Source: an uncultured Gemmatimonadales bacterium
GTDB lineage: Bacteria; Gemmatimonadota; Gemmatimonadetes; Longimicrobiales; RSA9
Length of the DNA: 64,000 nucleotides
Assembly: GCA_963708135.1 (NCBI GenBank)
Contig: OY970192.1
Coordinates: 5,184,001-5,248,000 of the forward strand
Direction of reading: 5' to 3'
Part shown: one piece after another, positions 42,643-51,757 of the stretch
How positions within the stretch are numbered: position 1 is the stretch's first letter
Layout: each line of letters starts with the position of its first letter
The notes under the pieces: generated by a model
Databases searched by the model: none
What the model was told of the DNA's origin: nothing
The model's input: only the letters and a program-made list of their open reading frames with translations
Program-made: the position numbers and the translations under genes

Positions 42643-43761
42643 GTGATCGATCCGGACATCCGGCGCGCCGGCACGCTCCCCGGCCGGCTCTACCACGAGC
42701 GGGCCGCCTACCACGCCCAGATCGAGCGCGTCTTCACCCGCACCTGGCAGCGCGTGCCCGATGCCGCGCGGGTGCGCGCGCCGGGCCACGTGCTCCCCTT
42801 CACGCTGCTCCCCGGCTCGCTCGACGAGCCGCTGCTCCTCAGCCGCGACGACGCCGGCACGCTGCGCTGCCTCTCCAACGTCTGCACGCACCGCGGCACC
42901 CTCGTGGTCGAGGGAGAGGGACACGCGCGCGGACTGCGCTGCCGCTACCATGGGCGGAAGTTCGGCCTCGACGGCTGCTTCCTCTCCATGCCGGAGTTCG
43001 ACGGCGTCGAGAACTTCCCTAGCCCCGCGGACGATCTGCCCCGCCTCCCGCTGGAGCACTGGGGCCCCCTGGCCTTCACGGCCATCGACCCCGCCTTCTC
43101 CTTCGAGGCCTGGATCGGCCCCGTGCGTGCCCGCACCGACTGGCTGCCGCTCGAGCGCCTGGCCTTCGAGGCCGCCAGCTCGCGCGACTACGTCATCGAC
43201 GCGCACTGGGCCCTCTACTGCGACAACTACCTCGAGGAGTTCCACATCCCCTACGTCCATGCCGCCAGCCTCGGCGGGACGCTCGACTACGGCGCCTATC
43301 GCACCGAGCTCTTCGACTTCTGCAACCTCCAGATCGGCGTCGCCGGCGCGGCCGAGGACGCCTTCGAGCTGCCCGCCGACCACCCGGACGCCGGGCAGCG
43401 CATCGCCGCCTGGTACTTCTGGCTGTTCCCCAACCTCATGCTCAACTTCTACCCCTGGGGCCTCTCCGTGAACGTCCTGCAGCCCCTCGGCCCCGAGCGC
43501 ACCCGCGTCTCCTTCCTCACCTACCTGCTCGACCCCGACGCCCGCCGCGCCGGCGCCGGCGCCGGTGGCGACCTCCACCGCGTCGAGATGGAGGACGAGG
43601 AGGTCGTCGAGTCCGTACAGCGCGGCGTCCGCTCCCGCCTCTACGACCGCGGCCGCTACTCCCCCCGCCGCGAGCGCGGGACCCACCATTTCCACCGCCT
43701 GCTCATGGACTTCCTGGGAGAGAACGACGCGCCGGAGCCGCTCCGCCCGCGTGGCGCCTGA
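42643..43761 (+). CDS. Rieske non-heme iron oxygenase alpha subunit (choline monooxygenase-like)
   Basis: CTHRG..CRYHG Rieske motif, DNYLEEFHIPYVH, ED..VVESVQRG. Confidence 0.92.
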   Translation: MIDPDIRRAGTLPGRLYHERAAYHAQIERVFTRTWQRVPDAARVRAPGHVLPFTLLPGSLDEPLLLSRDDAGTLRCLSNVCTHRGTLVVEGEGHARGLRCRYHGRKFGLDGCFLSMPEFDGVENFPSPADDLPRLPLEHWGPLAFTAIDPAFSFEAWIGPVRARTDWLPLERLAFEAASSRDYVIDAHWALYCDNYLEEFHIPYVHAASLGGTLDYGAYRTELFDFCNLQIGVAGAAEDAFELPADHPDAGQRIAAWYFWLFPNLMLNFYPWGLSVNVLQPLGPERTRVSFLTYLLDPDARRAGAGAGGDLHRVEMEDEEVVESVQRGVRSRLYDRGRYSPRRERGTHHFHRLLMDFLGENDAPEPLRPRGA

Positions 43762-43995
43762 CTCCCGCCGGGCGCGCTGTTCGAGCGGCGGGCGGATGCG
43801 GGGCTGACGCAGGCGGAGGTGGCGGCGCGGCTCGGCTCTACGCAACCGCGCGTCTCGCGGATGGAATCGTGTGCGCGCGATGTGACGATCGACCAGCTGC
43901 TGCGCGGGCTGTTTGCGCTCGGCCCCACGCTGGACGAGCTGGCCGCGCCGCTCCCGCGCGCAGCTCGGCTTGTGCGCGAGCGGCCGTGGCCCTAA
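43762..43995 (+). pseudogene. 5'-truncated XRE-family HTH (antitoxin-like) remnant
   Basis: RRADAGLTQAEVAARLGSTQPRVSRME..VTIDQLLRGLFALG with no ATG/GTG/TTG start ahead of the HTH. Confidence 0.65.
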
Positions 43996-44082
43996 TCCTG
44001 AGTCGGGGGGCGCCCGGAACCCGGCCACCCAGGGTCGGCGGACTGGCCGCCGAGCCGTGAACCGAACCCGAGAGAGAGCCGA

Positions 44083-46176
44083 ATGCCGATGCCGCCCGCC
44101 CGCCGTTCCGCCGCGTTCCTCGTCTGCGCGGCGGCGCTCGCGTTCGGGGCCGCGCTCGTGGCCTCTGGCTGCTACCGCCGCCTGGTGGTCTCACCGAACG
44201 ACGCGGCCACGGTGCTCGCGCACCAGACGCTGGAGGCGCCGGATCCCGCGCTTCCGGGGTCATACGCGGTCCGGTCGCTCTACTACGGGAGCGGGACGGA
44301 CCGGAGGCGGGCGGTGTACCGGGACTCGGTCACGCTCCGGACGGGGACGGTGGATGCGTCGCCTTTCGTGGATCTCGGGAAATCGGCGAAGGAGCGGAAC
44401 GGCTACTGGGGCTTCACGCCGAAAGCGTTCCCGCTGAACGGGCGGGTCTGGTACCCGGACGGGCCCGGGCCCTACCCGCTCGTGCTGATCGTGCACGGGA
44501 ACCACGACATGAAGGACTACTCGGACCCGGGCTACGCGTATCTGGGCGAGCTGCTGGCGAGCCGCGGCTTCATCCTCGCCTCCGTGGACGAGAACTTCCT
44601 GAACGGCAGCATCCGGGGCGAGAACGACGGGCGGGGCTGGATGCTGCTGAAGCATCTGGAGCTCTTCCGCGGCTGGGACGAGGCGGAGGGCAACCCGTTC
44701 TACCAGCGCGTGGACATGGACCGGATCGCGATCATGGGCCACTCGCGCGGCGGCGAGGCGGTGGCGCACGCGGCGTCGTTCAACCGGCTCTCGGCCTACC
44801 CGGACGACGCCAACGTCAAGTTCGACTTCCACTTCCACATCCGTTCCGTGGTGGCCATCGCGCCCGTGGACGGGCAGTACGACCCGGCCGGTGAGCCGGA
44901 GCCGGTGCGGGACGTGAACTATCTGGTCTTCCACGGCTCGCACGATGGCGACGTCTCGAGCTTCATGGGGCTGCGCCAGTACCACCGCGTGCGCTTCACG
45001 GACGGGCGGCCGCACTTCAAGGCGGCGGTCTATGTCTACCGCGCGAACCACGGCCAGTGGAACACGATCTGGGGCCCGCACGACAACGGCCCGCGCAGCG
45101 CCCGCATTCTCGACCTGCGCGGGCTGCTCCGGCCCGAGCAGCAGCGGCAGTTCGCGAAGGTCTACATCGGCGCGTTCCTCGAGGCGACGCTGCACGACGA
45201 CGCGCGCTACCTGCCGCTCTTCCGCGACCACCGCGTGGCCGGCCAGTGGCTGCCGAAGACCATGTACATCACGCGCTTCCAGGACGCGAGCTTCCGCCCC
45301 GTGGCCGATTTCGAGGAGGACGTGGATCCCGGCACGGGCAGCGTGCCGGGCGTTCGCATCGAGGGCGACTCGCTGTCCACGTGGAAGGAGGGCGACATCG
45401 CGCTCCGCTGGAAGAGCTCGCGCGGCGCCGGCCGCAACGCCACGCAGGACAACCAGGCCGTGTGGCTCGGCTGGAACGACCGCTACGCGGGCGCGGACAC
45501 GACCCGCCGCGGGCGGCCCGCGAGCTACACCATCGTGCTGCCGGACTCGCTCGCCGCGGCGTGGCGCCTGGACGCCGGCGCGCAGCTCCAGCTGCTGCTC
45601 GCGCCCACGGACGAGATGCCGGGCCCGCGCGCGCTGCCGAAGGCGCTGGCCGAGGCGGAGAAGGCGGCCGGGAAGGGAGGCGGGAAGGGTGGAGCCGCGA
45701 GGAAGCGGGGGAAGCGGGACCTCACGGATCTCCCGCCCATCGACCTCAGCGTCGAGCTGCTCGACGCGGACGGCGACTCCGCGCGCGTGCCGCTCGACCG
45801 CTACGGCGCGATCCGCCACCCGCTCGTCACGCACCCGGTCCGCCGCGGCGACATGGAGCGGGAGGAGTTCGCCCGCCCGTACGAGTACGTGCTCCAGACC
45901 TACACGGTCCCGCTCTCCGATTTCCGCCAGGCGACGTCGCCGCTCGACCTCGCCCGGCTCCGCCGCATCCGCCTGGTGTTCGACCGCGCGCCGGCGGGGA
46001 CGGTGATCCTGGACGGCGTCGGCTTCGCGCGGCTCGACCCGGCGTTCATGAAGGACCGGCTGCCTTCCGGGGCGACGTCTCCAGTCTCCGAAGCCACCCT
46101 CGACCCTTCCCACGCGACGGGGTCCGGCGTCACGGCCGCCAGCGCACCTCGAAGCGGTGGGCGGCCGCGCCGTTGA
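44083..46176 (+). CDS. Exported alpha/beta hydrolase, probable lipoprotein
   Basis: ASGC lipobox-like, LVLIVHGNH, GHSRGG nucleophile, HDGD, ANHGQWN. Confidence 0.85.
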   Translation: MPMPPARRSAAFLVCAAALAFGAALVASGCYRRLVVSPNDAATVLAHQTLEAPDPALPGSYAVRSLYYGSGTDRRRAVYRDSVTLRTGTVDASPFVDLGKSAKERNGYWGFTPKAFPLNGRVWYPDGPGPYPLVLIVHGNHDMKDYSDPGYAYLGELLASRGFILASVDENFLNGSIRGENDGRGWMLLKHLELFRGWDEAEGNPFYQRVDMDRIAIMGHSRGGEAVAHAASFNRLSAYPDDANVKFDFHFHIRSVVAIAPVDGQYDPAGEPEPVRDVNYLVFHGSHDGDVSSFMGLRQYHRVRFTDGRPHFKAAVYVYRANHGQWNTIWGPHDNGPRSARILDLRGLLRPEQQRQFAKVYIGAFLEATLHDDARYLPLFRDHRVAGQWLPKTMYITRFQDASFRPVADFEEDVDPGTGSVPGVRIEGDSLSTWKEGDIALRWKSSRGAGRNATQDNQAVWLGWNDRYAGADTTRRGRPASYTIVLPDSLAAAWRLDAGAQLQLLLAPTDEMPGPRALPKALAEAEKAAGKGGGKGGAARKRGKRDLTDLPPIDLSVELLDADGDSARVPLDRYGAIRHPLVTHPVRRGDMEREEFARPYEYVLQTYTVPLSDFRQATSPLDLARLRRIRLVFDRAPAGTVILDGVGFARLDPAFMKDRLPSGATSPVSEATLDPSHATGSGVTAASAPRSGGRPRR

Positions 46177-47215
46177 AGGACTCGTAGGCGTAGTCGAGGC
46201 CGATGGCGTCGCCCGTGAAGCCGGCGCCCAGGGTGAGGGGGCTGCCGCCGTAGTCCTCCACCCGGCGGGCGCCGGCGCGCAGGTAGAAGGTACGGCCGAC
46301 CACGGGCCAGTAGCCGAGCTCGATGCCGCCACCGGGGAGCAGCGTGCCGTCGCGGCTGCGGGCGAGCGCGGCGGCGGCGCGCAGGTCGAGGGGGCCGAGG
46401 GTCACGCTGCGGCGCGTCGCCAGCTGGAGCGAGACGCGGGTGGGCAGCGGCACCGGGACGCGGTCCACGCGCAGGTCGCGCCCGAAGTCGTGCAGCGCCA
46501 GCCCGATGGCGAGGATGCTCACGTCGGCCCCGAAGCCCACATCACCGGCCACGGTGGCGGAGTGGATGACGCCGCTGCGCTGCTCGACGAGCTTGGCGGC
46601 CACGCCCACCCGGAGCCCCCGGACCGGCCGTCCGTACCCCAGCGTCGCGACGTGCTCGGCGACGGGCAGCGCGCCCGTCGCGGTGAGGTCCCGCTCGCGC
46701 TCGCGGCGCAGGATCGGGCTCGCCGCCGCGGCGTAGTCGAGCGACTGGAGGCCGCCGGCGAGGGCGCCGCCCAGCCACGCCCCGCCGCCCGCCAGGGTGA
46801 GGAGCGTGCTCTCCCCGCCGAAGCGCTCCGCCCCGAGCGAAAAGCCGCGCAGGCCGTCGGCGTACGCCGGGTCGTAGAAGAGGCCAGCGGCGTCGGCGGA
46901 GCCGAGCAGGAAGGCATTGCCCATCCCGAGCGCGCGGGTGGAGGCGGGCAGCTCGAGCACGAGTGGCGTGCGGGGCGCACTCTGGGCGGCGAGTCGGCCG
47001 GCACCGCCGAGCGGCGCCGCGCCCGGTAGCGCGATGGCCAGCAGCGCGGCGGCCGCCAGGGCGACGGCCCGCGGCGCCCCGGCGGCGGGGCGCGCCCCGC
47101 GCGGGCGCCGCACGAACCGCTGGCGCCGGGGGATCGACTCGCGGCTCGCCGGCCGCCGTGCCGCGCGGGCCGGCCCTGCGGCGGTCGTGGCGTCGCTGCC
47201 CTGGGGTGCGCTCAT
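46130..47215 (-). CDS. Outer-membrane beta-barrel (PorV/FadL-like); start uncertain
   Basis: PASTRALGMGNAF, GLFYDPA, LDYAY..HRFEVRW. Confidence 0.7.
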   Translation of the reverse strand: MSAPQGSDATTAAGPARAARRPASRESIPRRQRFVRRPRGARPAAGAPRAVALAAAALLAIALPGAAPLGGAGRLAAQSAPRTPLVLELPASTRALGMGNAFLLGSADAAGLFYDPAYADGLRGFSLGAERFGGESTLLTLAGGGAWLGGALAGGLQSLDYAAAASPILRRERERDLTATGALPVAEHVATLGYGRPVRGLRVGVAAKLVEQRSGVIHSATVAGDVGFGADVSILAIGLALHDFGRDLRVDRVPVPLPTRVSLQLATRRSVTLGPLDLRAAAALARSRDGTLLPGGGIELGYWPVVGRTFYLRAGARRVEDYGGSPLTLGAGFTGDAIGLDYAYESFNGAAAHRFEVRWRP

Positions 47216-47248
47216 CGGCTCTCCGTGTTCAGGCCGCCTCGGTCCGCC

Positions 47249-48160
47249 TCAGGCCGCGGCCGCGGCCGGCCGGCACACCTTGCAGGGGCGGAACCCGGCG
47301 CGCGCGGCGGCGCGGGCGTCCGCGAGCGGGACGCGGCTGGCGGGCGAGACCCGGCGGACGTGGCGACAGGTCGGATGGCAGTAGATCCCGGTGGTGCGGC
47401 AACCTACGTAGCGCGTCCCTTCGCGCGCCAGCGTCTCCATCTCGTCCACGGGCGCGCCCTCCGCCTCGAGGACGGCCCGCTTGGTGCCGGCCCCGCCGAG
47501 GGAGTACGCGCCGATCCCGCCCGAGGCGGGCACCACGCGGTGGCAGGGGACCAGGAGCGGCACGGGGTTGCGGGCCAGCGCCGTGCCCACGGCGCGGACC
47601 GCGCGGGGCCGCCCCGCCTCCCGCGCCACCCAGCCGTAGGGCCGTGCCTCGCCGGGGGGAATGCGGCGGATCGTCTCCAGCACCGTCCGCTGGAAGCCGC
47701 GTGCGGCCGCCAGGTCCACGGGCGCGTTCCGGTCCCCCCGCCCGGCCGCGGCGTCGGCCACGGCGCGCGCCAGCGCCGCCGGCACCTCCCGCGGCACCGG
47801 CGGGCGGCCGAGCCGGCCGGCGTACCAGGCGACGAACTCCGCCTCGGGCTCGAGCGCGGAGCGCACGGCGCGAATCCCCTTCGGCCCGAAGGCGACGCGC
47901 ATCGGGCCGAGCGCGGTCTCGACCACGCCCATGCCATCGGCCGCCTCGCGGAGCACGGCGCCCATGACTCCCGCGGGGGCGCTCCGCCGCAGCGCGGGCG
48001 CCGCCTCCGCCAGCGCGCCGGCGAGCGCCGCCACCCGCTCCCGCGCCGCCGCGCACGCCGTGCAGGAGCGCAGGTGCTCCAGAACCGCCTCCGCCTCGGC
48101 GGCGGCAAGCTCGCCGGCGTCCAGCGCCTCGAGCCGCGCTCTCACGCCCTCACAGCGCAT
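47249..48160 (-). CDS. zf-HC2 anti-sigma domain + O6-alkylguanine DNA alkyltransferase + Ada Zn-binding domain fusion
   Basis: HLRSCTAC; RAVGTALARNPVPLLVPCHRV; TTGIYCHPTC..GFRPCKVC. Confidence 0.88.
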   Translation of the reverse strand: MRCEGVRARLEALDAGELAAAEAEAVLEHLRSCTACAAARERVAALAGALAEAAPALRRSAPAGVMGAVLREAADGMGVVETALGPMRVAFGPKGIRAVRSALEPEAEFVAWYAGRLGRPPVPREVPAALARAVADAAAGRGDRNAPVDLAAARGFQRTVLETIRRIPPGEARPYGWVAREAGRPRAVRAVGTALARNPVPLLVPCHRVVPASGGIGAYSLGGAGTKRAVLEAEGAPVDEMETLAREGTRYVGCRTTGIYCHPTCRHVRRVSPASRVPLADARAAARAGFRPCKVCRPAAAAA

Positions 48161-48761
48161 CGCTCACCTCCTCGTCCTCCAGGATCTCTCGCAGGCGGGC
48201 CAGTGCGCGGAACACCCTGCCGCGCGCCGCCGCCTCCGTGCCGCCGATCACCGCCGCGATCTCCGCGTAGGAGAGCTCCCCGAGGAAGCGCAGCGTGACC
48301 GCCTCGCGGCCGCCCTCGTCCAGCGCCGCGAGCGCGCGCTCGAGTGCCCGGTGCCGCTCGGCCACGAGGAGGCGGGCCTCCGCCGCGGGCGGGCGGGCGG
48401 CGGCCGCGTCGCCTGCGGCCGCCTCCAGCGGAACGAGCGCGGTCCGGTCGGCGCGCCCCGAGCGCAGCCGGTTCAGGCACAGGTTGCGCACGATGCGGAG
48501 CAGCCAGGGCCGGAGCGGGAGCGCCGCGCAGCGCGCCTCGTCGTACTGCGCGGTGAGGGCGCGGTGGGCGCGCACGAGTGCGTCCTGCACCACCTCCTGC
48601 CCGTCCGCCCGCCCGACCATCCGGCTGGCGTAGTCGAACAGGCGGTCCTGGTGCAGGGCGACGAGGCGCTCGAGCGCCCCCGGCTCTTCCCGGTGAACCG
48701 CCACCGCGAGCGCGCCGCGGCGCCGCTCGTCCCGTTTCTCAACTCTCATGGTCGGCATCAT
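48150..48761 (-). CDS. ECF sigma-70 factor (start 48761 or 48749)
   Basis: EVVQDALVRA, PWLLRIVRNLCLNRLR, LSYAEIAAVIG..RGRVFRALARLR; 11-bp overlap with downstream gene. Confidence 0.9.
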   Translation of the reverse strand: MMPTMRVEKRDERRRGALAVAVHREEPGALERLVALHQDRLFDYASRMVGRADGQEVVQDALVRAHRALTAQYDEARCAALPLRPWLLRIVRNLCLNRLRSGRADRTALVPLEAAAGDAAAARPPAAEARLLVAERHRALERALAALDEGGREAVTLRFLGELSYAEIAAVIGGTEAAARGRVFRALARLREILEDEEVSDAL

Positions 48762-48866
48762 TCCGGAGACACGCGCGGCGGCCGCCGCGTTCGCGCCGCC
48801 GGTACAATCTCTGCATTGTTCGGCCGCCACCGCAGCCCAGCCGCCCCGACGGCGCCGGAGCCGACC

Positions 48867-49685
48867 TTGATCATCGACTGCCACACGCACCTGAACCGCT
48901 ACAACGATGGCGAGCCGGCCGCGCTCGCGGACCGCTACGGCGCGCTGCGCGCCGAGATGGAGCGGAACGCCGTGGACTACGCGCTCGTGCTCTCGAGCTA
49001 CAAGGTCAACGGCGAGCGCCCCGGCGTGGACGAGATCCTGGACGTCGTGGACGACGATCCGCGCCTCGGCGTGGTGGCCGGCGTCAGCTACGAGCACTAC
49101 CGCGCCGCGGACCTGGCGCACCTGAGGATCCTGCTTAGGACGCGTCGCATCAAGGCGCTCAAGCTCTACCCCGGCTACGAGGCCTACTACATCCACGACC
49201 CCCGCATGCGCGTGGTGTACGAGCTGGCCGCCGAGTTCGGCGTCCCGGTCATGATCCACACGGGCGACACCTTCGACCCGAAGGGCAGGGTCAAGTACGC
49301 GCACCCGCTCGAGGTGGACGAGGTGGCCGTCAACTTCCGCGACGTCACCTTCGTCATCTGCCACCTCGGCAACCCGTGGATCACCGACGCCATGGAGGTC
49401 ATCTACAAGAACGAGAACGTCGTCGGCGACATCTCCGGCTTCACCCTCGGGCACTTCGAGGAGCGCTTCGAGCGCTACATGCTCCAGCAGGTCAACGAGG
49501 TCGTCGCCTTCGCCGGTGATCCCTCGAAGCTGCTGTACGGCACCGACTGGCCGATCTGCGACATGGGCGGCTACCTGCGCTTCGTGCGCCAGCTCGAGCT
49601 GCGCGAGGAAGAGATCGACATGATCCTGTGGAAGAACGCCGCCCGCATATTCCACATCGACACGGACGAGCTGGAGGCGCCGTGA
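48867..49685 (+). CDS. Amidohydrolase_2 family metal-dependent hydrolase
   Basis: IIDCHTH, LKLYPGY, VMIHTG, ICHLGNP, LYGTDWP; TTG start. Confidence 0.9.
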   Translation: MIIDCHTHLNRYNDGEPAALADRYGALRAEMERNAVDYALVLSSYKVNGERPGVDEILDVVDDDPRLGVVAGVSYEHYRAADLAHLRILLRTRRIKALKLYPGYEAYYIHDPRMRVVYELAAEFGVPVMIHTGDTFDPKGRVKYAHPLEVDEVAVNFRDVTFVICHLGNPWITDAMEVIYKNENVVGDISGFTLGHFEERFERYMLQQVNEVVAFAGDPSKLLYGTDWPICDMGGYLRFVRQLELREEEIDMILWKNAARIFHIDTDELEAP

Positions 49686-50473
49686 GCACCGACGCCGGGC
49701 GCCGCGCCCCGGGCGCCGCCGCCGCGCCGGACACGGGCCCGCCGCCGCGCCGCTCGGAGAATCTCGACGTGGCGCGCATCGTCGAGATCACCGACGAGCG
49801 CGGCCCCATTGCCGACGCCGCCCTCGGCCTCATCGAGGCCGCGTTCGAGCCGCCCGACCGCCAGCCCGTCTCCGAGCTGCGCTCCGAGGTGGCCGAGAAA
49901 CGGCTCCAGCTGCTCACCGCCTACGACTTCCACCTGCTCACCGCGCTCGACGCCGCCAGCCGCCCCATCGGCACCATCGCCGGCGTCTACCTGGCCGGCG
50001 TGAACGCCGGGTTCGTGACCTACCTCACCGTCCTCGAGGCGCACCGCGGCCGGCGCATCGCCCGGCAGCTGCGCCGGCGCCTGGTGGAGACGTTCCGCAC
50101 CAATGCCCGCCAGGCCGGCCACGAGGAGCTCAACTGGGTGCTGGGCGAGGTGCGCGCCGACAACTCGTGGCTGCGCGGGCTGGTGCGCCACCGCGGCGCG
50201 ATCCCCTTCGACCTCGGGTACTTCCATCCAGGCATGATCCCCGGCGTCCCCCACGACCGCTACGTCCTCTACCGCCAGCCCGTCGGCGACGCGCGCGTCG
50301 AGCTGCCCGCATCTCTCGTCCGCCGCATCCTGTTCGTCATCTACCGTCGCGCCTACCGCGTACGCTACCCCCTGGAGCGGGAGGCCTTCCGCGCCATGCT
50401 GGCGCAGCTCGAGGACCGCGAGATGGTGGGGATGCACCGGGAGTGGCGCCAGCGGCCGGGGGCCGGGCAATAG
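49682..50473 (+). CDS. GNAT-family acetyltransferase-like protein
   Basis: FVTYLTVLEAHRGRRIARQL acetyl-CoA motif; GTGA overlap with upstream gene. Confidence 0.75.
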   Translation: MSTDAGRRAPGAAAAPDTGPPPRRSENLDVARIVEITDERGPIADAALGLIEAAFEPPDRQPVSELRSEVAEKRLQLLTAYDFHLLTALDAASRPIGTIAGVYLAGVNAGFVTYLTVLEAHRGRRIARQLRRRLVETFRTNARQAGHEELNWVLGEVRADNSWLRGLVRHRGAIPFDLGYFHPGMIPGVPHDRYVLYRQPVGDARVELPASLVRRILFVIYRRAYRVRYPLEREAFRAMLAQLEDREMVGMHREWRQRPGAGQ

Positions 50474-50604
50474 GGGGTTCGGGGGAACAAATGCCGCTCG
50501 AGCGGTGGTACTCACTGCTGCACACCTAGATCTCCCGTCCGACAGCCCGGCCGCCGCAGCCCGCTCCGATCCACGCCCAAGCGAGGATATCGGTCATAGT
50601 CACC

Positions 50605-51618
50605 ATGCTTTCCATCCCCTGGATCCTGGCGCTCGCCACCGGCCTCGCCGCGCCCGCCCCGCAGGTGCCGGCCCCGATCGCCGCAGGCGACGGCGCCACC
50701 GCGGGCGCCGAGCGCGCGTCCGGCGCCGTGGGGGCCGACACGGCCGGCCGGAACGTGCGTCCCGGCAACGCGACGCACCTGCGCATCGAGGTCGCGCCCG
50801 CGGAGACAATGGCCGTCACGCTCGCCGGGGAGGGGTCGCCGGTCGTGATCGTGCCGGGGATGCTCGGCGCCGCGTTCGGGTTCCGGAAGGTGATCCCGCT
50901 GCTCGAGGCCGAGGGCCGCCGGGTGGTCGTGATCGACCCGCTCGGCACCGGGGCGTCTTCCCGGCCACGCCACGCCGACTACTCCTTCACCGCCCAGGCC
51001 GACCGGGTGGCGGCCGTGCTCGACAGCCTCGGGATCGGCGGCGCCGTGGCCGTCTGCCACGCCCTGGGTGCCTCGATCTGCTATCGGCTGGCGTACCGGC
51101 ACCCGGGCGCGCTGGCCGGCATCGTCTCGCTGAACGGCGGCCCGGCCGAGCAGGTGGGCAGCCCCGGGCTCCGCTTCGCCCTCCGCTTCGGGCCGCTGCT
51201 CCGGCTCTTCGGCGGCAATGACGGCGCCCGCAGCAAGGTTCGCGAGGGCCTCCGCCACAGCTCCTTCGACAGCACCTGGGTCACCGAGGCCGTGGTGGAC
51301 GCGTACGTCGCGCCCTTCGGCGGCAGTGCGGGCGGGGCGATCGCGCTGCTCAAGCGCTTCGCCTCCGCCCACGAGCCCGAGCCGCTCGCGCCGCACCTGC
51401 CCGACGTGCGCGTCCCGGTCGAGCTGCTCATCGGCGCGGCCCCCCGCAGCGCCACCGACGACGATGTCCAGCTGGACGTCCTCCGCCGCGGCCTCCCCGA
51501 CCTCGCCGTGGACACCGTGGCCGGCGCCGGCCAGTACATCCAGGAGGAGCGCCCCGCTGCCGTCGCCCGCGCGGTGCTGCGGCTGACCTCCCGCCTGGCG
51601 AGCGCGGGCGCGAGGTGA
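50605..51618 (+). CDS. Exported alpha/beta-hydrolase-fold protein, catalytic Ser/His absent
   Basis: Signal peptide; VPGMLG, IDPLGTGASSRP; CHALG at nucleophile elbow; GAGQYIQEERP. Confidence 0.85.
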   Translation: MLSIPWILALATGLAAPAPQVPAPIAAGDGATAGAERASGAVGADTAGRNVRPGNATHLRIEVAPAETMAVTLAGEGSPVVIVPGMLGAAFGFRKVIPLLEAEGRRVVVIDPLGTGASSRPRHADYSFTAQADRVAAVLDSLGIGGAVAVCHALGASICYRLAYRHPGALAGIVSLNGGPAEQVGSPGLRFALRFGPLLRLFGGNDGARSKVREGLRHSSFDSTWVTEAVVDAYVAPFGGSAGGAIALLKRFASAHEPEPLAPHLPDVRVPVELLIGAAPRSATDDDVQLDVLRRGLPDLAVDTVAGAGQYIQEERPAAVARAVLRLTSRLASAGAR

Positions 51619-51757
51619 GGGGCGGGGTGGCTGGCAAGCCCTGAGGCATCGTCGGCGAAGGCGGGGGCCCCGTGCCGCGCCTGCGGTCCCGGGGTTGCAT
51701 CACCGCCTTCGAGCGCGGCCGTTCCGGCCGCCGTGCAGCAGCAGAAAGGGGCCGCTC

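Noticed and set aside
43759..43761. Selenocysteine or readthrough fusion of oxygenase and HTH
   Set aside because: The oxygenase is complete before the TGA, the position is not a catalytic Cys, and no SECIS was recognised
47661..48866. N-terminal extension of the amidohydrolase ORF
   Set aside because: Antisense to the sigma and alkyltransferase genes; the family motif starts at IIDCHTH (48867)
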